From Rhodospirillaceae bacterium (GTDB lineage Bacteria > Pseudomonadota > Alphaproteobacteria > UBA6615): 64,000 bases of DNA. Below are positions 60,037 through 64,000 of this stretch, piece by piece (positions within the stretch are counted from its first letter, which is position 1; the number at the start of each line of letters is the position of its first letter). The stretch covers positions 357-64,356 of the forward strand of contig JAYQGE010000003.1 in assembly GCA_038140435.1 (NCBI GenBank). Reading direction: 5' to 3'. The notes beneath the pieces are model-generated. The model saw only the letters and a list, made by a program, of their open reading frames with translations, did not search any database and was not told the origin of the DNA. The translations under genes were made by a program, and so were the position numbers.

Positions 60037-61017
60037 CTAGATCGTGAACACAGTGGAGCCGGTCGTCCGGCCTTCCGCCACGTCGGTGTGGGCGGTGGCG
60101 ACGTCCTCGAGCTTGTAGCGCTGGCCGATCACGGTCGTCACATCGCCCTTGGCCAGTGCGTCGAAAAGGGTCGCCGCGCTGTTCTCGAGTTCCTCGCGGG
60201 TGAGCTGGTAGAACCGCATGGAGGCCTTGGTGAAGAACAGCGAGCCCTTCACGTTCAGCTCGACGGAATCGATCGGCGGCAGCGGTCCCGACGCGTTGCC
60301 GTAGTTCACCATGTAACCGCGCGGACGCAGGGAATCGATCGAGCGCTCATAGTGGTCCTTGCCGACGCTGTCATAGACCACGTCGACGCCGGTCCCGCCG
60401 GTGATCTCGCGGGCGACCTCCTGGAAGTTCTCGGTCTTGTAATTGACCGCGTGGGCCGCGCCGTTGGCGAGGATCGTCTCTTTCTTCGCATCGGAGCCGA
60501 CCGTGCCGATGACATTCACACCTTTCGCCGCCAGCCACTGGCAGAGGAACAGCCCGACACCGCCGGCCGCCGCGTGCACCAGTGCCGTCTCGCCGGCCTG
60601 GGCCGGGTAGCAGCGGTGGATCAGATATTCCGCCGTCATGCCCTTGAGCATGCTGGCCGCCGCGACCTCGTCGGAGACGCCGTCGGGCAGCGCGACGACC
60701 TGGGATGCCTCGATCAGCCGGGCCTCGGCATAGGCGCCGGGCATGGTGGCCGCATAGGCGACCCGGTCGCCTTCCTTGAAGCCGGTGACGCCGTCGCCCA
60801 CCGCCTCGACCACCGCGGCGGCCTCGGTCCCCAGCACCGAGGGCAGCTCGGGCAGCACCGGATAGATTCCCTTGCGCACGGCGATATCGAGGAAGTTGAA
60901 GCCGATCACCGTGTGGCGCAGGCGCAGCTCACCCGGCCCGGGATCGCCGACCTCGATGTCCTCCCACTTCAGAACATCGACATCGCCAAACTCATGAATA
61001 CGAACTGCCTTGACCAT
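60037..61017 (-). CDS. qor: NADPH:quinone oxidoreductase (zeta-crystallin/MDR family)
   Basis: 326 aa from MVKAVRIHEFG (GAGAGGGGG RBS). Cofactor motif AAAGGVG, no Zn ligands. Confidence 0.85.
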   Translation of the reverse strand: MVKAVRIHEFGDVDVLKWEDIEVGDPGPGELRLRHTVIGFNFLDIAVRKGIYPVLPELPSVLGTEAAAVVEAVGDGVTGFKEGDRVAYAATMPGAYAEARLIEASQVVALPDGVSDEVAAASMLKGMTAEYLIHRCYPAQAGETALVHAAAGGVGLFLCQWLAAKGVNVIGTVGSDAKKETILANGAAHAVNYKTENFQEVAREITGGTGVDVVYDSVGKDHYERSIDSLRPRGYMVNYGNASGPLPPIDSVELNVKGSLFFTKASMRFYQLTREELENSAATLFDALAKGDVTTVIGQRYKLEDVATAHTDVAEGRTTGSTVFTI

Positions 61018-61106
61018 CGCGCGGCCCCCTCTCGGATCATTCAAGAAAACGGCGCCGGGCGGCGCCGCGTTTCACTGTCAGTTGGTGCATGGACCCGTGA
61101 AGTCCA

Positions 61107-61703
61107 TCACCCCGTTTCGATTTCCTGCATACCATCGGGCAGGGCGAAGTTGTCGAGCCGCACCAGCTTGCCGTCTTCCACAGCGAGACCGGTGTCCTTC
61201 GCGCGCTCGAGGATATCCGGATGCCAGGTCACGGGCCCGCCGCCATCCTGCTGGCCGACCATGGCCAGGATGACGAGCTCTTCGTCGCCCGGGTTGCGGA
61301 AGCCGCGCATCACGCCTTCGGGCACCGAGACGGTGTCCCACGGATCGAGTGTCAGCTCCTCCTCGCCCTCGTCGCCCCAGTAGACGACGAGCTGGCCGTT
61401 GAGCGGCATGAACACCTCGGCGGTCTCGTGGCTGTGCAGGGCCGCGCCGGTGTTCGGCTCACAGGTGATGAAGGCAACGGTGAAGCCGTGGTCGTCGGCG
61501 ATCGGCGGATTCATGCGCGGATCCTCGACCACGCCGCGGCCGATCACCTTGAGGTTTTTCTTGCGGTGCTCGGGCAGGAGCGAGTCGACGAAGGCGACGT
61601 TGAACTTCTTCAGGTCCTTGAAGCGGGCGACTCGGGTCGCCTCCATCTCCGCGGCGCTGATCTTCGGCGAGACATGCGCGGCGGCGCGTTCGGCATCGGA
61701 CAT
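61107..61703 (-). CDS. Cupin-domain protein (RmlC-like cupin; function unknown)
   Basis: About 198 aa from MSDAERAAAHVSPK within the longer ORF 61107..61838(-). Cupin motifs G.ALHSHETAEVFMPLNG... Confidence 0.6.
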   Translation of the reverse strand: MSDAERAAAHVSPKISAAEMEATRVARFKDLKKFNVAFVDSLLPEHRKKNLKVIGRGVVEDPRMNPPIADDHGFTVAFITCEPNTGAALHSHETAEVFMPLNGQLVVYWGDEGEEELTLDPWDTVSVPEGVMRGFRNPGDEELVILAMVGQQDGGGPVTWHPDILERAKDTGLAVEDGKLVRLDNFALPDGMQEIETG

Positions 61704-61840
61704 GGCGGGTTCCCCTCCTCTGCGTGGGTGGCGGCATGGGTAGCGGCCTTGTTCGCGGCCGCGCGGCTCTTTAGGCTCGCCCGGAATATGCCAAACAAGG
61801 CATCGGGACACCAAAGGATATCCGACGAGGGGGAACACGC

Positions 61841-62710
61841 ATGTCCGTCATCATCAGTTGCGCCGTCACCGGCGCCGCCGACTCCAAGGGCGCCAACCCG
61901 GCCGTGCCGGTCACGCCCGAGGAGATTGCCAACGAGGCGATCGCCGCCAACAAGGCCGGCGCGGCCATCGTGCACATCCATGTGCGCAACCCGGAGACGG
62001 GCAAGGCGAGCATGGACCCCAAGCTCTACAAGGAGGTGGTGGACCGAATCCGCGACGCGAACGCGCCGGTGATCATCAACCTGACGACGGGCCCCGGCGC
62101 GCGGCTGATCCCCGATCTCGACAATCCGAGCGAGATCGCGGCGGGCAGCGTGATGAAGAGTGCCGAGGAGCGGGTCGAACATGTGGTCGAGAACAAGCCC
62201 GACATCTGTTCGCTCGACGTGGCGACCATGAACTTTGGCGACCGGCCCATGGTCAACGCGCCGGACATGCTCAACAAGATGGCGACCCTGATCCAGGACG
62301 CCGGCGTGAAGCCCGAACTGGAAGTCTTCGACACCGGGCATGTGCGGCTCGCCAACCACATGGTCGAGACCGGCGTCATCAAGGACGAGAAGCCGCTCTA
62401 CCAGCTTTGCCTGGGCATTCCCTGGGGCGCGCCGGCCAGCGCCGAGACGATGATGCTGATGCGCGACATGCTGCCGGCGAACGCCAACTGGGCGTCCTTC
62501 GGGATCTCGCGCTTCGAGTTCCCGATGGTCGCGTCGGCCGTGCTGCTCGGCGGCCACTGCCGGGTCGGGCTCGAGGACAATCTCTACATCGCGCGCGGCG
62601 AGCTCGCGTCGGGCAACGCCCAGCTCGTGGCGCGCGCCGTCGAGGTCGTCGAGTCCATGGGTTCCGAAGTCGCCGACGAGAAGCAGGCGCGGGAAATCCT
62701 GGGGCTCTAG
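61841..62710 (+). CDS. BKACE-family (DUF849) beta-keto acid cleavage enzyme, 3-keto-5-aminohexanoate cleavage enzyme-like
   Basis: 289 aa, MSVIISCAVTGA N-terminus, TIM-barrel BKACE pattern (IVHIHVR, DTGH, GGHCRVGLED). Confidence 0.8.
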   Translation: MSVIISCAVTGAADSKGANPAVPVTPEEIANEAIAANKAGAAIVHIHVRNPETGKASMDPKLYKEVVDRIRDANAPVIINLTTGPGARLIPDLDNPSEIAAGSVMKSAEERVEHVVENKPDICSLDVATMNFGDRPMVNAPDMLNKMATLIQDAGVKPELEVFDTGHVRLANHMVETGVIKDEKPLYQLCLGIPWGAPASAETMMLMRDMLPANANWASFGISRFEFPMVASAVLLGGHCRVGLEDNLYIARGELASGNAQLVARAVEVVESMGSEVADEKQAREILGL

Positions 62711-62760
62711 GGGCGCCTGCACTTCGACAGATCACTCAAACGGTCGTTCGGACACAGTCC

Positions 62761-62788
62761 CCCTCTCCTCCCGGGAGGAGAGGGATTT
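62761..62788 (+). terminator. Candidate intrinsic terminator downstream of the BKACE gene (perfect 12-bp palindrome CCCTCTCCTCCC/GGGAGGAGAGGG followed by ATTTG)
   Basis: Seen directly. Sits between the convergent BKACE and ALDH genes. Confidence 0.45.
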
Positions 62789-62792
62789 GCTC

Positions 62793-64000
62793 CTAGTTCA
62801 TGCCTCCGAGGCAGACGTATTTGATCTCGATGTAGTCGTCGATGCCGTACTTCGAGCCCTCGCGGCCGACGCCGGATTCCTTGAAGCCGCCGAAGGGCGC
62901 GACCTCGGTCGAGATCAGGCCGGTGTTCACGCCGACGATGCCGGACTCGAGGCCCTCGGAGACCCGCCACACCCGCTTCAGATCGGAGGCGTAAAAATAC
63001 GCCGCCAGGCCGAACTCGGTGTCGTTCGCCATGGCGATGCCCTCTTCGTCGCTGCCGAACCGGTAGAGCGGGGCGAGCGGGCCGAACGTCTCCTCGCGGG
63101 AGACCTCCATACTCGGCGTCACGTCAACCAGCACCGTCGGCTGGAAGAAGGTGCCGCCCAGGTCGTGGCGTTCGCCGCCGACCGCCACCTTCGCACCCTT
63201 GGCGACGGCGTCCGCGATGTGCTGCTCCACCTTCTCGACCGCGGCCATGTCGATCAGCGGGCCCTGCTGCACATCCTCCGACAGGCCGTTGCCGACGTTG
63301 AGCTGGCGCACCGCCTCGGCGAGCTTCTCGGTGAAAGCTTCATAGACCCCGTCCTGCACGAGGATGCGGTTGGCGCAGACGCAGGTCTGGCCGGTGTTGC
63401 GATACTTGGACGCGATGGCCCCGGTGACGGCGGCGTCGAGGTCGGCGTCGTCGAACACCAGGAAGGGCGCGTTGCCGCCGAGTTCCATCGACACCTTCTT
63501 GATGGTCTGGGCACTCGCGGCCATGAGCTCGCGGCCCACCTCGGTCGAGCCGGTGAAGGTCAGCTTGCGGACGATGGGGTTCGAGGTGATCTCCTCGCCG
63601 ATCTCCCGCGACGAGCCGGTCACCACCGACAGCACGCCCGCGGGCACGCCGGCCCGCTCGGCGAGCTCGGCCATGGCCAGCGCCGAATAGGGCGTCGACG
63701 TCGCCGGTTTCACCACCATCGAGCAACCCGCGGCGAGCGCCGGGCCGGCCTTGCGGGTGATCATCGCGGCCGGGAAGTTCCACGGCGTGATCGCCGCGGT
63801 GACGCCGATCGGCTCCTTCATGACGACGATCCGGGTGTCCCGCGTGTGGCCGGGGATGGTGTCGCCATAGACGCGCTTGCCCTCCTCGGCGAACCACTCG
63901 ATGAAGGAGGCGGCATAGGCGATCTCGCCCCGGCTCTCGGCGATGGGCTTGCCCTGCTCCGTCGTCATCAGGACGGCCAGGTCCTCCTGGTTCGCCATCA
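62793..64000 (-). CDS. NAD(P)-dependent aldehyde dehydrogenase (succinate-semialdehyde DH-like); N-terminus lies outside the window
   Basis: C-terminal about 400 aa of an ALDH: catalytic Cys in GQTCVCANR, Glu in [11 protein letters not shown]-binding GSTEVG. The ATG at 63998 is internal; the protein continues past 64000. Confidence 0.85.
   Translation of the reverse strand, partial: MANQEDLAVLMTTEQGKPIAESRGEIAYAASFIEWFAEEGKRVYGDTIPGHTRDTRIVVMKEPIGVTAAITPWNFPAAMITRKAGPALAAGCSMVVKPATSTPYSALAMAELAERAGVPAGVLSVVTGSSREIGEEITSNPIVRKLTFTGSTEVGRELMAASAQTIKKVSMELGGNAPFLVFDDADLDAAVTGAIASKYRNTGQTCVCANRILVQDGVYEAFTEKLAEAVRQLNVGNGLSEDVQQGPLIDMAAVEKVEQHIADAVAKGAKVAVGGERHDLGGTFFQPTVLVDVTPSMEVSREETFGPLAPLYRFGSDEEGIAMANDTEFGLAAYFYASDLKRVWRVSEGLESGIVGVNTGLISTEVAPFGGFKESGVGREGSKYGIDDYIEIKYVCLGGMN

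Overview
This is a 64 kb, roughly 67 % GC, densely coding chromosomal window. The LexA-type GTTC-N7-GTTC boxes, the DtxR-type MntR with sitABCD, DUF3108 next to glmU, and the class II DAHP synthase together suggest an alphaproteobacterium; that assignment is inference. Almost all of it is housekeeping and metabolic genes on both strands. They include nadE (truncated at the 5' edge) with a NAPRTase-family gene, a class II DAHP synthase, gor, two tandem TauE/SafE permeases plus a third copy, glmS-glmU-DUF3108, one tRNA-Val(CAC), two orphan form-II CoxL-like molybdopterin subunits of 777 aa each, msrA, an SRAP (SOS-response peptidase) divergent from nrdAB, an SLC13 transporter, a bicupin with an internal duplication, cysQ, tsaC/sua5, speH-speE, a RhaD-like aldolase/SDR fusion, two tandem haloalkane dehalogenases, malate synthase G, two tandem Gfo/Idh/MocA oxidoreductases, a sitABCD-mntR manganese uptake operon, qor, a BKACE enzyme, and an aldehyde dehydrogenase truncated at the 3' edge. 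No CRISPR array, transposase, integrase, rRNA or obvious defence or toxin cluster is visible. The most notable non-coding signals are two GTTC-N7-GTTC (alphaproteobacterial LexA-type) boxes in the SRAP/nrdAB divergent region, and two families of structured MITE/REP-like repeats, one of which brackets the SLC13 transporter gene as an inverted pair. I could not identify a convincing novel multi-gene system; the candidates worth follow-up are listed as findings with their limits. Many long ORFs in the supplied track are antisense artefacts of the high GC content and were not annotated.
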